64,000 nucleotides of DNA from Eledone cirrhosa (taxonomy: Eukaryota). Below the pieces are notes generated by a model. That model was not told where the DNA came from and made no database searches. It saw nothing but the letters and a program-made list of their open reading frames with translations. Position 1 is the first letter of the stretch. The number at the start of each line of letters is the position of its first letter. Of this stretch, positions 1 to 11,758 are shown piece by piece. Location of the stretch: NCBI GenBank assembly GCA_964016885.1, contig OZ024746.1, positions 90,396,001-90,460,000 of the forward strand, given 5' to 3'. Made by a program: the position numbers and the translations under genes.

Positions 1-442
1 TCAGTTTTAGGTTCATTTATTTGTTTTTGTTGGAGCTATCCAACAAAAGGTTCCTCCTATATAATTAATAGCCATTTCAAGAAAAACGAATGTTCTTGTT
101 CTGGAAATAACGACTATACATAATGTTATTAACACCATGCGGTTTAGCAATAGCTATTCAGTTTAAAGTTACATAGCTATTAATGAGAAGACATGAAACA
201 AGAAGTAGCTTACAATATCCTCTTAACAACTCAACCGGAAATTAATTTAATTAATTAACTAAAAGATAATAGCAATATTGTAAAAGTGGATTAAAATAAA
301 TTTTATTTCAATCATATTATATCATACATCAGCTGAAATATGTTTTATAATGAGATAGTTAGTTATTTTAATAAATCCTTCTTAACCTCTGGTTATATAA
401 AACATTTTTGAAAATCATAGGTTGCTTTTCATAACAAATATA

Positions 443-626
443 ATTGTTTCTACTTTTGGCACAAGGCCAGCAATTATCCCAGTGTATTACTGCTACTTTA
501 TTTTATCGACCCCGTAAGGATGAAAGGCAAAGTTAACCTCGGCGGGATGTGAACTCAGTCCGTAAAGGGACGTAACTCTGCTGCAAAGCATGGCGTCCGA
601 CCCTCTACCGATACTGCCAATCCACC
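443..626 (-). mobile_element. tRNA-derived SINE (family A), full length, with 17-bp target-site duplication
   Basis: Minus strand reads GGTGGATTGGCAGTATCGG (A box) ... GAGTTCACATCC (B box) ... GCCTTTCATCCTTACGGGGTCGATAAAATAAAG ... AGAAACAATTA. TTTTCATAACAAATATA flanks it at 426-442 and 630-646. More than 10 copies occur in the window. Confidence 0.9.
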
Positions 627-3016
627 TCATTTTCATAACAAATATAATAAAAGTGTTAAGAATAGGTCTTATACAGTATATTATTAACTCTTTTGTTGTA
701 TTGAGAGACACTATCAACAATTTTCAAATCATTTTGAAAATTACCTATAATTTCTAATTATTAAGCTGGTATTTGGAACATAACTTAAACGTTCTTAAAT
801 AAATTTATGATGGAACATTTTGAGATAAATATAAACATTTTAAAATAAAAAGCTTAGTATCATAACACCAGGGTCACTTTCACACAGTTTCGTGTCAAAA
901 GGTTTAAGTATAGTCGTATGTTCTTTTACTATTCAAATTTGAGTTCTGGATTTAAGAAATATTTTGAAATAAACACAAAAGATATTTTAAGCAGCAATGA
1001 AGAAAAGGAATTTGAAATTACTGCTAAAGAAAATCAGTAGTACTGCCACTTACAATCCATAAAAGCTAAACTTGAAGCATATCGCACTTGTTATAAAATT
1101 GGCTTCGATAAGTTTGAAAAAACATTTTAAAAACAACAAAAACCAAGTGTTGCATTACACTTAACCTCTTTCTCCCTCATGTAACTCTGTCAAATTCCAC
1201 CACATCCACGGTGCCATGCTTAACAACCATCTTAACCCGCTCCTCCTATTCACGCCTCTGAGCATGTCTAGCTTAAGACAAAATATACCTACCCCCACTT
1301 ACCGAGTAGAGAAGGTTCTGCAGTTGAGTTAACCTATGACAGCCTCGCTATTACTGGTGCCATGATAAGATGCATCTAGTACTCTTTGTAAAGTGGTAGG
1401 TGTTGGGAAGGGCCTCAGGTGTAGACATTATGCCAGTTATGTCAAGGAGATGATAAACTCCCTAATGCCTGAGCCATGATAAAATACACCCAGTACATTC
1501 TGTAAAGTGGTTGGTCTTAAGAAGGGTATCCAGCTGTTGAAACCATACCAAAACTGGAAGGTATGTGAGATCATCGAACCCTTCATAGAATCCTTGACTC
1601 CCATCGACTAGGCATGTAAAAAAATAATAAATCATAACACAGAATCTAAAATAAATAAACAATAAAGACTGGTTATATATAAATCAGAAACTTGCATAAA
1701 CAAGTTGTGTTTTATTGTAGTATTAGATGCATTTCCATTTCTTCTATAAGTGTCAGATTTTGGCGTAAACGTGCAATCAAACCCCTGCGTGGTCTCATCA
1801 ACCCACTAGTTCGATATCGACCACTATGGAGATTTACTACTTTAAACGAAACATTTTTGTCACAGCATTTAATCGTGAATTAGTTATAAATTCAAGGTAA
1901 ATAACTCCGTCTAACATAATTTTTAGTCATCAATAGTTAACGTCCGTGATAATATTTCTCATGAATAACACTGTCTATGTTTTTCAAGTAATTATTAAGA
2001 TAATCAAGTATTTAGAGGGATTTAGTAATATAAATAACCCTCTCCAAACAGGTGTTTTGAACATCAATAAACAAAGGTTCTTACATAAAATTATGATGCA
2101 AAGATTTTTAGATAAATATAAATAAGTTTATATCATAGAAATATGTGGTTAGGTATCAAAACAGCTAAACTATTTAATAAAATTATTCTCATCATTCTTA
2201 TCATATGCAGTTTCCTACATTATGAACTAAATTTGTCTGAATTACAGAATATATTTTATTATTTATATTGTCTTAATTTTGTTATTTTTTTATTTGAATT
2301 AATCTATTTTGTGAGCCTTCTTTAACACACACATATGTACAAATATATTCCATATATTTATATATAGAAATAATAGTTAATACGTTAATATGTTGATAGA
2401 AATATGCCCCTCACCTCCACCCAATAAGAAAATATCAACAAATATTTTACCCATATCAGTTGATAAATATTGCTGAGGTTATGTCCCTTGAACGTGCAAA
2501 TTTGTTTCTAATTCATCTATTGAACATATTCTTTAATCAACAGTAAAATAATAACGATTTCTTTGTGCTAAACAACATCTATTGGGTGGTAGACTTAATT
2601 CATTACCTAATCTAACACTATTACCTGGTTGTTGAGTGCCCTTTGCAAAATCCAGCCTGTTAGAATCATTTAGGTTAGGTCTCTGGTTTGAGGATGCCTT
2701 ACTCTCTTCCCTCAAATATTTCTTGGGGCCCTGAAAAGGGTTTTGCCCATCTCATACCAACGAAACTGTAAACTAAAAATAAACAAAAAGTTGAAAAACG
2801 TTTAGGGAAGCCTTACAATAAATTCGTTTAGGGAAGCCTTACAATAAATTCTTCCATCAACACTGAGAAGACCACTAATATGAGTGCTTTACTTACACTA
2901 CGTTCAGCCTGATAGAAGAAGCATTCAAAACTCCCTCGAAATTATATCCTGCTGTCTTTAAAAAAAATAAAAGGAATGATTTGATAATATATTCCTTGAT
3001 ACTCCTAAAAACGTTG

Positions 3017-4203
3017 ATGTCTAGAAAGATCACAGATGTCTAAACGTCACTCCAGCTGTCTAGAAGTAACTCTAGGTTCCTAAACGTCACCCCAGCTGTC
3101 TAAAAGTGACTCTAGTTGTCAAAACCTGACTCCAACCGAGTTGTATAAAAGCCAAACAGCTGTCTAAAAGTCACCTCAACTGTCTAAAAGTGACTTCAGC
3201 GGTCTAAATCTGACTCTAGCTGTCTAAAAGTCAACCCAGCAGTCGGAAAGTGATTCCAACTGTCTAAAATGACTCCAGCTGTTTCAAATTGCCCTTAGTA
3301 ACTCTTGCTCTCTAAAACTGACCCCAGCTGTCTAAACGTCATTCTAGCTGTCTAAAAGTCACCCCAGCTGTTTAAAAGCGTCTCCAATTATCTAAAAGTC
3401 GCCGCAGCTGTATAAAGTGACTCCAGCTGTCCATAATTGAATCCAGCTGTCTAAAGGTCACCACAACTGTTTAAAAATGACACTAACTTCTAAAGTTCAC
3501 TCCCAACTGTCTAAAAGTAACCCCAGCTGTCTAAAGAAAACTCCAACTGTCTAAAATTACCGAAGCTGTCTAAAAGTCACCCCAGCTGTCTAAACGTCAC
3601 TCCAACTGTCTAAAAGTGGTTTCAGCTTTCTGAAAGTCACTCCATCTGTCTAGAAATAACTTTAGCTGTCTAAAGGTCACTCCAGCGGTTTACAAGTAAC
3701 TCTAGGTTTCTAAAAGTAACTGCAGCTCTCCATAAGTGACACCAGATGTCTAAACGTCACTCCAGCTGTCTCGAAGTCATTCTATCTGTCTAAACTTGAC
3801 TCCAACCGAGTTGTATAAAAGTCAAACAGCTGTCTAAAAGTCACCTCAACTGTCTAAAAGTGACTTCAGCGGTCTAAATCTGACTCTAGCTATCTAAAAG
3901 TCACCACAGCAGTCGGAAAGTAATTCCAACTGTCTAAAATTACTCCAGCTGTTTCAAATTGCCCTTAGTAGTCTAAAAGTAACTCTTGCTGTCTAAAAGT
4001 CATCCAGCTGTTTAAAAGCGCCTCCAATTGTCTAAAGTCACCCCAGCTGTCTAAAAGTAACTCTAGGTTTCTAAAAGTCAGCCCAGCTGTATAAAGTGAC
4101 TCCAGCTGTCCATAACTTAATCCAGCTGTTTAAAGGTCACCGCAGCTGTTTAAAAGTGATCCTAACTATCTAAAGTTCACTCCCAACTATCTAAAAGACA
4201 CCC
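3017..4203. repeat. Degenerate ~20-bp minisatellite (CCAGCTGTCTAAAAGTCACT-like) with a ~670-bp higher-order duplication
   Basis: CAGCTGTCTAAAAGT recurs throughout. Block 3127-3300 recurs at 3797-3970. Confidence 0.92.
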
Positions 4204-4355
4204 CATTACTGAATGCTGAAGCTGGTGCATTATTGCACCAGCTTTTGCAATTCTTGCACATAATTCAGCCTCCTCCCTTCCATCATTCATGAATACGGGG
4301 CCGAGATACTTCTCCACCTGCTTCAGTGGAACTCCATTCACATGTAGAGTGCACT
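4204..4355 (-). mobile_element. Non-LTR (RTE-like) RT C-terminal fragment
   Basis: ORF 4177-4467 contains CTLHVNGVPLKQVEKYLG...ELCARIAKA, which matches the LINE RT 'VxxFKYLG...RIxKA' region. Confidence 0.7.
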
Positions 4356-4575
4356 GCACAGGCTTCATATATATATATATGTATATATGCATATCAACAT
4401 TATCACCATTCAACGTCCATTTTTTCATGCTGGCATGGGTCAGACGAGTTATGCAGGCTTTATTCATAGAAATTAATGACCAACAATAACAACAATAATA
4501 ATAATAAATGTAAAAACAGCAGCTTGTCTCCTTTATTTAAATATAAACAAAAGGAAGAAGGGTAGTCATGAAAGC

Positions 4576-4609
<34 letters not shown>

Positions 4610-4704
4610 TATACAGAAATGTCAAGTTAGACATTTTATCTCAACAGGGACACGTGAAACAGATAATTTGATGTACATGTAAAGACAGTGATACATACAT
4701 ATGT

Positions 4705-4748
<44 letters not shown>

Positions 4749-4797
4749 TCATCATCATCGTTTAATGTCTATCTTCCACGCTATATATATATATATA

Positions 4798-5335
4798 CTA
4801 GAAAGAAGGGGTCTCAAAGTCAACCTGTCAAAGATAAAGGTCCTCGTAAGTAGACGGGAAAACAGAACCCAGATCCCCTCAGGGAAATGGCTTTGCTCAG
4901 TATGTAGCAACGGTGTAGGTAGCAATTCCATCCTCTGTCCCAAATGCATACTATGGGTACACAAGAGATGTAGTGGGATCTCAGGAAGCTTAGGAATGTA
5001 GGCTTTAGATGTAGCTGCTGCGCTGGGACAGCAAGCAGCAAATGGCGACAGGAAACAAGCACCACCAAACTCTGGGTGGGCTCTGTAGAAACAGTAGATA
5101 GTTTCTGTTACCTAGGTGCGCGAATTAACACAGTAGGTGGATGTTCTGAAAGTACAATAACTAGAGTAAGAACGGAATGGAAGAAGTTCAGGGAGCTACT
5201 ACCACTGCTGGCTACAAACGGCTTTTTCCTCGAAATGAAAGGCAGACTGTATGATGCGTGTATACGAACATCAATGTTACATGGTAGTGAGACCTGGGTG
5301 TTGTGTGCAGAAGCTGCGTAGATTAGAAAGAAACA
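4798..5335 (+). mobile_element. RTE LINE fragment (PHD-insert family)
   Basis: Translation reads GLKVNLSKIKVL, Cys-rich insert, VDSFCYLG, KGRLYDACIRTSMLHGSETW; frameshifted. Confidence 0.9.
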
Positions 5336-5489
5336 AAGAGAGAGAGTAATGTCCCACGAAAGTCTAGAAACGGCTTAAACTATAGATCCTTTGATCTATA
5401 GGAAGGTTTAAGAATATTGCGTTAGCTTTTATAAAGTCTTTGATTTTACAGAACAAAGAAAAACTGATACTATTTTAAATTAATTTACC

Positions 5490-5846
5490 GGCCAGCTTTT
5501 ATCCATATACTACTTACAGTCCGTACTAACGAAGCTAAACACTTCAGAAGCAATGTTATGCGGTATGTTGCTGTGTTTCAGATGACGCCCTTTGGGGCTG
5601 AAAAAGATCATACTGACTATGGTTATTTCACATTTAAAATCCAAGGCCAATGCTACCATTTAATCGGCAGTTTACTCCCCCAGCCTAATAAGGAAGTTTT
5701 ATGATTATGTTGTTTATATGTCTTTCACACACACGTACGGTCTCACCTCATACTGTAAACCAGACAACACATCCAATAGAGTCGTTTTCTCTTTTATCTG
5801 TCTTCTCTTAACTGTTCTCCCAGCCGAAGCCAGGTACCTCAGCTAG
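5490..5846 (+). mobile_element. Helitron remnant: RepHel fragment plus 3' hairpin/CTAG terminus
   Basis: 5525-5695 translates as TNEAKHFRSNVMRYVAVFQMTPFGAE...FTFKIQGQCYHLIGSLLP, the typical Helitron 'FQMTSFG...FKIQGQxYHxIGSLLP' motif. It ends CCCAGCCGAAGCCAGGTACCTCAGCTAG|T. Confidence 0.8.
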
Positions 5847-6059
5847 TATATATAAGTGAGAACAGCACTGTGGTTACTAATAATTATTATTTAGAAAACA
5901 TGAGAGAAACACAAACAATGGTAATTCCTACTCATCAGCTGTCTTCTGTGGATTACTGATGTTTTCAATGCATCCAGCCCACATGGCCTATTTTCCTGAA
6001 ACACCTGTATAACAGACATGTGTGTATATATATATAGTAGTGTGTGTGTGTGTATAAAT

Positions 6060-6094
<35 letters not shown>

Positions 6095-6095
6095 G

Positions 6096-7130
6096 ACGTT
6101 CTCCCCCACCTTTTTTCCCATTTTCTTCCTTTGCTGTAGTCGTATACAGGATTTGGAGGCCAGCGGTCGAAAATTTGTAATGTAGAAATTTTAAATATTT
6201 CTCCCATACTTTATTCAGTTTTGATTTTAGAGTTTCAATATTTTGGCTAGGAGTAGAGCAGGGTTCACTCAAGAATTGACCCTAAAGAAAAATCGAGAGG
6301 GTTGAGATCTGGTGATGTGGGAGGCCACTTTTCCTTACTGATCCATGCAGGACAATGGTTGTGTTAGGCGAGCAGCGTGGCTCGTCGCTCCATCTTGTTG
6401 GAGAGTCCAAATGTCATCGCCATAAACAGATGTGCACCATAGCATCAGTGCTCCTTCCAAAATATCCTTTATATAAAGTTCTTTGTTAATTTTAACTCCT
6501 TCAGGCACAAAAATCAGAGGAGACTTCCTTCTTTCAGAAATGGCTTCCCAAACCATCACTGATGCTGGTTTCTGTGTTTTGAACACTTTTCCTACACTTG
6601 AAGGAATTGATTTGAGACTTTTTGCAACTACTCGATCATTTTGATGATTGTGAGACTGCTGCACAATGAATAACTTCTCATATGTAAAGATGATGTTTTG
6701 CAGCGTGCCATTCTTGATACGGTTCAATAACATTTTACTTCTGGAGAGCCTCTTTTCAATTGTGGCTGCAGAAAGAAGCTGCCTCTTTTGGAACTTATAG
6801 GGTGACATACCCAGATCATCTCGACATATCCTGCACAGAGTTCTCGGCGATGTTTCTGCTTCTTCTGCCATTTTTCTCATGGACCTTCTTGGATTACGCC
6901 TTATTTTTTCCCTCACACTTTTAACGAGTTTTGGTGTTCTTGAGGTGCGAGGGCGTCCGGATTGAGGTCTGTCTTTGGTCGAGGAAGTTTCCTTAAATCG
7001 ATCGATTGTCCTTTTGATCAACATTCTATTATGATCATTCTTCTCTATTATGAACTTTCTTTTCAATTCTATGGATATTGCAAATTGTTAATGGAGTAAT
7101 GTTCTGAAAAATAGTTAATATGGTTATAGT
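6096..7130 (-). mobile_element. Tc1/mariner transposon, maT (DD37D)-like, decayed transposase
   Basis: ORF 6335-7066 has the HTH 'RSGRPR...RRNPRRSMRKMA', FTYEK (first catalytic D mutated), VMVW and QQDGATSH, followed after a stop by WPPTSPDLNPLDF. Confidence 0.88.
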
Positions 7131-7243
7131 GTGTATATTTTTCCTGTTATTATATTTTATATCTTCATTTCATTATATATCAGCCTCGCTTTCAATTGTA
7201 ATAGCCTTTGTTTTTAAATTCATATCTTACGTCCATATTCAAT

Positions 7244-7315
7244 TTTCATTCTGATGAGCGATTTCACACGTCTCTTTGAGCACGTCTTTCTTCGTGAAAC
7301 CTTTGGTAAATGGAA
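7244..7315 (+). ncRNA. Type I hammerhead ribozyme motif
   Basis: Stem I TTTCATT/AATGGAA; core CTGATGA (7251-7257); stem II GCGA...TCGT; GAAA (7296-7299); stem III ACC-TTT-GGT; cleavage triplet GUA (after 7308). Confidence 0.75.
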
Positions 7316-7424
7316 TAAGTGTCTTATATTGTTTATTACATAATCAAATAGCTCCGTAGCATAGTACACTCTCCTTTCCTTTTACCCTTCCTACGGAAAT
7401 ACTTCTTATATATATATATATATC

Positions 7425-7985
7425 ATCATCACATCATCATCATCATTATCATTTTACGTCCACTTTTCCCTGCTTGCAAGGGTGGGACAGGTCCTATTCA
7501 GCACATCTCTCCACTTGGTATGGTCCTTCGTCATCTCCTCCGTGAGCTTCAGCGATCTGAGGTCTGCTCTGACCATGTTTTTCGTGATCTTCCTCTACTG
7601 TGTCTTCTTCTTAGCACTTCTTTACCTAGTGGTCATCCTCCATGCGCATCACATGTCCATACCATCGCAGTCTTCTCTCCCGCACACTACATCTTATCCC
7701 TCTTATACATAGTTTCTCTCTTAACTCATCTCTGCTTGGTCATTCACTCACATTGACATTGCACATCCAACGGAGCCTGCTTGCTTCATTTCTCTCCAGC
7801 CATCACATATCCTCTGCAGTTGTTGCCCATGTCTCACTACCATGCAGCATCGTGCACCTCACACAGGCATCATATAACCAGCCTTTCGTATGCAGGAAGA
7901 AACCCTTCTTTGTCAACAGAGGAAGTAGCTTCCTAAACTTCTTCCAACCCGTCCTTATTCTAGATACTATGGCCTCAGAACAATT
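7425..7985 (-). mobile_element. RTE LINE 3' fragment with (GAT)n tail
   Basis: Minus strand has RTGWKKFRKLLPLL..GWLYDACVRCTMLHGSETW..LRWYGHVMRM, ending in the TGATGA tail. Confidence 0.85.
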
Positions 7986-8005
7986 ATGAGCACAGTAAAT
8001 ATATA

Positions 8006-8064
<59 letters not shown>

Positions 8065-8068
<4 letters not shown>

Positions 8069-8502
8069 GACAGAAAGTACTCAGTCCACACTGTAAAGTG
8101 GTCATGTTGGTGACACGACAGAAAGATCCCAGTCCACACTATAAAATGATTATGTGGGTGACATGACAAAAAGGTCCCAGCCTACACTGTAAATGTGGTT
8201 GTGTAGGTGACACCACAAAAAGTACACTGTCAACCCTGTAAATGTCGTTATGTATGTGGCACGACAAGAATCACCCAGTACACACTGTAAAGTGGTCGTG
8301 TAGGTGTCACGACAGAAAGCACCCAGTCAACACTGTAAATGTGGTTGGTGTTAGAAAAGGCATCGAGCCATAGAAAGGAAACCAAGCCAGAATCTGTTCT
8401 GTATGAACACAGTCACCTGATCTAACTTTTCTTACGACTGGAAATCTCATCTAACCCATGCTATTGTGGAAAAATGAAGATTAAACAGTGATGATGATGA
8501 TA
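8065..8502 (+). mobile_element. RTE 3' UTR fragment with ~41-bp CACACTGTAAAGTGGT tandem units
   Basis: The same units and 3' end (CCCATGCTA..TGGAAAA..TTAAAC(GAT)n) appear at 20.9-21.1, 40.7-41.2, 46.0-46.2 and 56.4-56.65 kb. Confidence 0.75.
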
Positions 8503-9559
8503 ATTCAATACTATTACCATCATTATTGATGGCACAGATTAAAAGGCAAATGGGTTGGCAGTATCGGCTTTCTGCTCTCTGAGTACGAATCACTCCAAGG
8601 TCAACTTTGCATTTCATCCATTCAAGGTCAATAAAAAAGTACCAGTCTAGTACTGGGATCGATTCTTCCTCTATATCTCACTCTCACTTCCTTTCTTTTC
8701 CAACTTTATCCTTCTCTTGAAGAAATCTGCTTTATTCAGACCTGGAGAGGAGATGGGGTTCCACCAGGTTTAAAACTGCCCTAGAAATTCTGCATGTGGG
8801 CATGGGGCCCCTACAACTTCCCCATGATTTAAGGGATCACATATCCATTATTTTGCTGCACATTCAATCAGTGTGTTTTGAGTCATTCAATTTCTCTTGT
8901 AAACTATATAGTTGTATACACTGTTAATCATTTAATTTCAAATAAACTAAAAGAAACAAATATCAAATAGTAGCCATTATGATTGTCAAAGTTACATTCT
9001 TTATTAGTAAAATATGTTTGAAAATCCCTAATAAATGATCTACATTTCTTTCATAGATCATTAACTATATTATATTAAAAGTTTCTCTCATCATTGCAGT
9101 AGTTCCGATGAAGTCAATATATGGCCTATAATGTATTTTCTAAATCTGTCTGCACATTAATCTTAATTATTTTCAGAACCGGTTGTATCAGGTCAGAATT
9201 CTCTCACCTCTTTCAGTTGAAACAGGCTGTAACTGGCCACTCATACTGATGTGAAGGTCATCTTCTCAAAATAAATTATAACATTATCAAAATCTCATAG
9301 ATTCAATACTATGTGAGATAAAACCTTTACTTCTAAAATACAATAACTCTTAATAACACAAATTATTTGAAATTTCACGATGTCAAACTGTTAATTTAAT
9401 AATTTTCAAATATATCATTTGTACATATGTGTTGAACAGTTATGTACAAATATATCCTAGAAAAGATTATAAAATATCATTACTATATTTAATCATTTCC
9501 ACATAAACTATAGGGTATTTCTTATGCAAACCCTTTTGAAATGTTTATAGAAAAACAAA

Positions 9560-10048
9560 TTAAAGCTGTGTATTTTCTTGCTCTTGGTTAGGGCTAAGAT
9601 TATAAATGTTTTCTTTAGACTCTCTATAGCGAAAATGATAGACGAGGAATACAATGACCCACATACTAAACACAATTACACATGCAACCCCACCAATAAC
9701 AAACTGGGTATAGTATTTTTCAGCAATGCTATCAAATAAGGGACCAGCCATATTCAACAGGTATATTTGGATAGTTTCATCGCTGCCAATACGACACGCA
9801 TAAATTCCTTTATCTTCTTCATCAACACTTTTAATTTTTAATGACTGATTGTAAATCTCATATTTTTCTGAGTCAATTGTTTTGCCGCTTGGAAGAATCC
9901 AATTAGGGGTATCATTTTCAGATGCATTGACACATGTTATAACGGCATCAACACCGAAATACGTATTTAAATTCTTAGGATAATCTTCACCATATGTCTG
10001 CAGCACGAAGACAACCAACAACGTAACAATTAAATACATCATGGACAT
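9560..10048 (-). CDS. Small type I membrane protein: signal peptide, single Ig domain, TM helix, short tail (162 aa)
   Basis: Hydrophobic N-terminus; Ig pattern ITC..PNW..DKGIYAC; TM helix FVIGGVACVIVFSMWVIVFLVY followed by a basic stop-transfer. Splice acceptor TTTATTTCAG 10 nt upstream of the ATG (exon starts 10058). AATAAA at 9005-9000. Confidence 0.88.
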   Translation of the reverse strand: MSMMYLIVTLLVVFVLQTYGEDYPKNLNTYFGVDAVITCVNASENDTPNWILPSGKTIDSEKYEIYNQSLKIKSVDEEDKGIYACRIGSDETIQIYLLNMAGPLFDSIAEKYYTQFVIGGVACVIVFSMWVIVFLVYHFRYRESKENIYNLSPNQEQENTQL

Positions 10049-10086
10049 CGGCAGGATTCTGAAATAAATGAGAAAAAGGAATTAAG

Positions 10087-10335
10087 TTTTGGGGAGGGTC
10101 ATTTTGTTATAATATTGCGAGAAATATATAGTAAAACACACTCACTGTTTGGTTCGAGTTGGTTTTCATTTCAGTATATTTTATATTTCTATAATTAATT
10201 CAGCTGGTAATCAATGTTTATCATTGATTTACCAACAGTTCAAAATATAGATATAAATATAGTTTCTCAGAATTCTTTCGTTGCACACCTGTGACATCAT
10301 CAGTGATGTTATTATGTTTCCTCCCGTTGTTTGAA
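10087..10335 (-). mobile_element. Solo Penelope-like pseudo-LTR fragment
   Basis: Similar in reverse complement to 49905-50160 and 19410-19620; contains the hammerhead motif at 10265-10308. Confidence 0.75.
10265..10308 (-). ncRNA. Minimal type I hammerhead motif (family A, degenerate stem II)
   Basis: CATCA-CTGATGA-T-GTCACA-GGTG-TGCAAC-GAAA-GAAT-TC-TGAGA; two mismatches in stem II. Confidence 0.6.
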
Positions 10336-10908
10336 TATTTAATACATCTTTGGAAGTTGATATTTTTCTACCTTTGATTGGTTTTAACCAATTCATTATC
10401 ATATTTCTAATAAAAGACCACTGTCTATGTTAGTGAAATAATTTGGAAATTAATTAAGAATTTGGAAACATTTATAATAATAATAATAATGATAATGAAA
10501 ATTATTGTGTACAGTGCTCAGGTGCACTACAACTCTTCAAAGGTGCATGTATAGTACATAGAATAATATACAAATGTCAGGAAAGTGAGCAGTGTATGAT
10601 CATGATATACTCACAGATGCACATACATGCATGTGTATGGAGGGGGAATATCAGGTGTAAAGTTGGCAATTTTCAGGAAGCATGGAAGTTTTGCAGGATG
10701 CAGTGTAATAATGTAACTAACTTTATTATTATCAAATTGGTATTTGCAATATAACTTAACAAAGTTTCTTATATAAAATTAGGATGCAAGGTTTTTAGAT
10801 AAATATAAACCCATTAAAATAAACAGTTTTGTATCATAGAACCAGAGGCAATTTCAGACAGTTTAGTAACAAAAGGGTTAAAGAAATATTTGCCACACTT
10901 TTACTTTA

Positions 10909-11188
10909 TGAGGGTCATCTGAAAGGTTCATAGGCTGACTATGAAGGAGAGATACTAGAGCTGTGAAATCTTGCATGCATTAATTTCAACTCTTCTTATT
11001 AATAACTGCATTGTTTCTTTCCAGAGACCATGCTAAAAGATAAACCTCATTTGGTCATTTCATGAGAGTATCTTGGTCAGCCTATGAAGGAGTGATGCTA
11101 GAGCTGTGAGGGACTCTGTTGAAAAATAAACCTCATTTGGTCATTCCATGAGTGTATCTTGGTCAGCCAACTTTACATCCGACCCTCA
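10909..11188. mobile_element. mariner-like MITE with TA target-site duplication
   Basis: TA|TGAGGGTCATCTGAAAGGTTCATAGGCTGAC ... GTCAGCCAACTTTACATCCGACCCTCA|TA; internal partial duplication. Confidence 0.7.
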
Positions 11189-11569
11189 TAAATAGAACTG
11201 ACCATGTATAATATTAAGTACAATTTCCATGTTAGATGTCTGTCAGGGTGGATTTACACATAATAAACTGTCATATGTCAACTGAATCAAAATATTGATC
11301 CAATAGCTGGCATAACTTTAGTTTATTGACACCATAGTCTGCCTAATTTTGTCTCCTCAACTTTCTTAATAATTCTTATTTTTCCATGATCCCCCCCCCC
11401 TTCCCCCAGAAATACAATTTTCAAAATAACACTACATTATTAACCCCGAACCCCATTTATTATAGCTCCACCTGCTTATAAGAATTTAAGCAAATGACTA
11501 AACACCCCCCCCCCCTCACCTATTATTTGGGACCCGAGAGTACTTGTTGAAATAAATACCAGGGTTGTA

Positions 11570-11758
11570 ATAATTGTTTCTACTTTTGGCACAAGGCCAG
11601 CAATTACCCCAGTACATTACTGGTACTTTATTTTATCGACCCTGTAAGGATGAAAGGTAAAGTTAACCTCGGCGGGATTTGAACTCAGATCATAAAGGGA
11701 CGTAACTCTATGCTTCAAAGTATGGTGTCCGACTCTCTACCGATACTGCCAATCCACC
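11570..11758 (-). mobile_element. SINE family A copy
   Basis: Near-identical to 443-626. Confidence 0.9.

Noticed and set aside
5578-5615. CAGATGA-CGCCC-TTTG-GGGC-T-GAAA hammerhead-like string
   Set aside because: No stems I or III; it is the FQMTPFGAE codons of the Helitron fragment.
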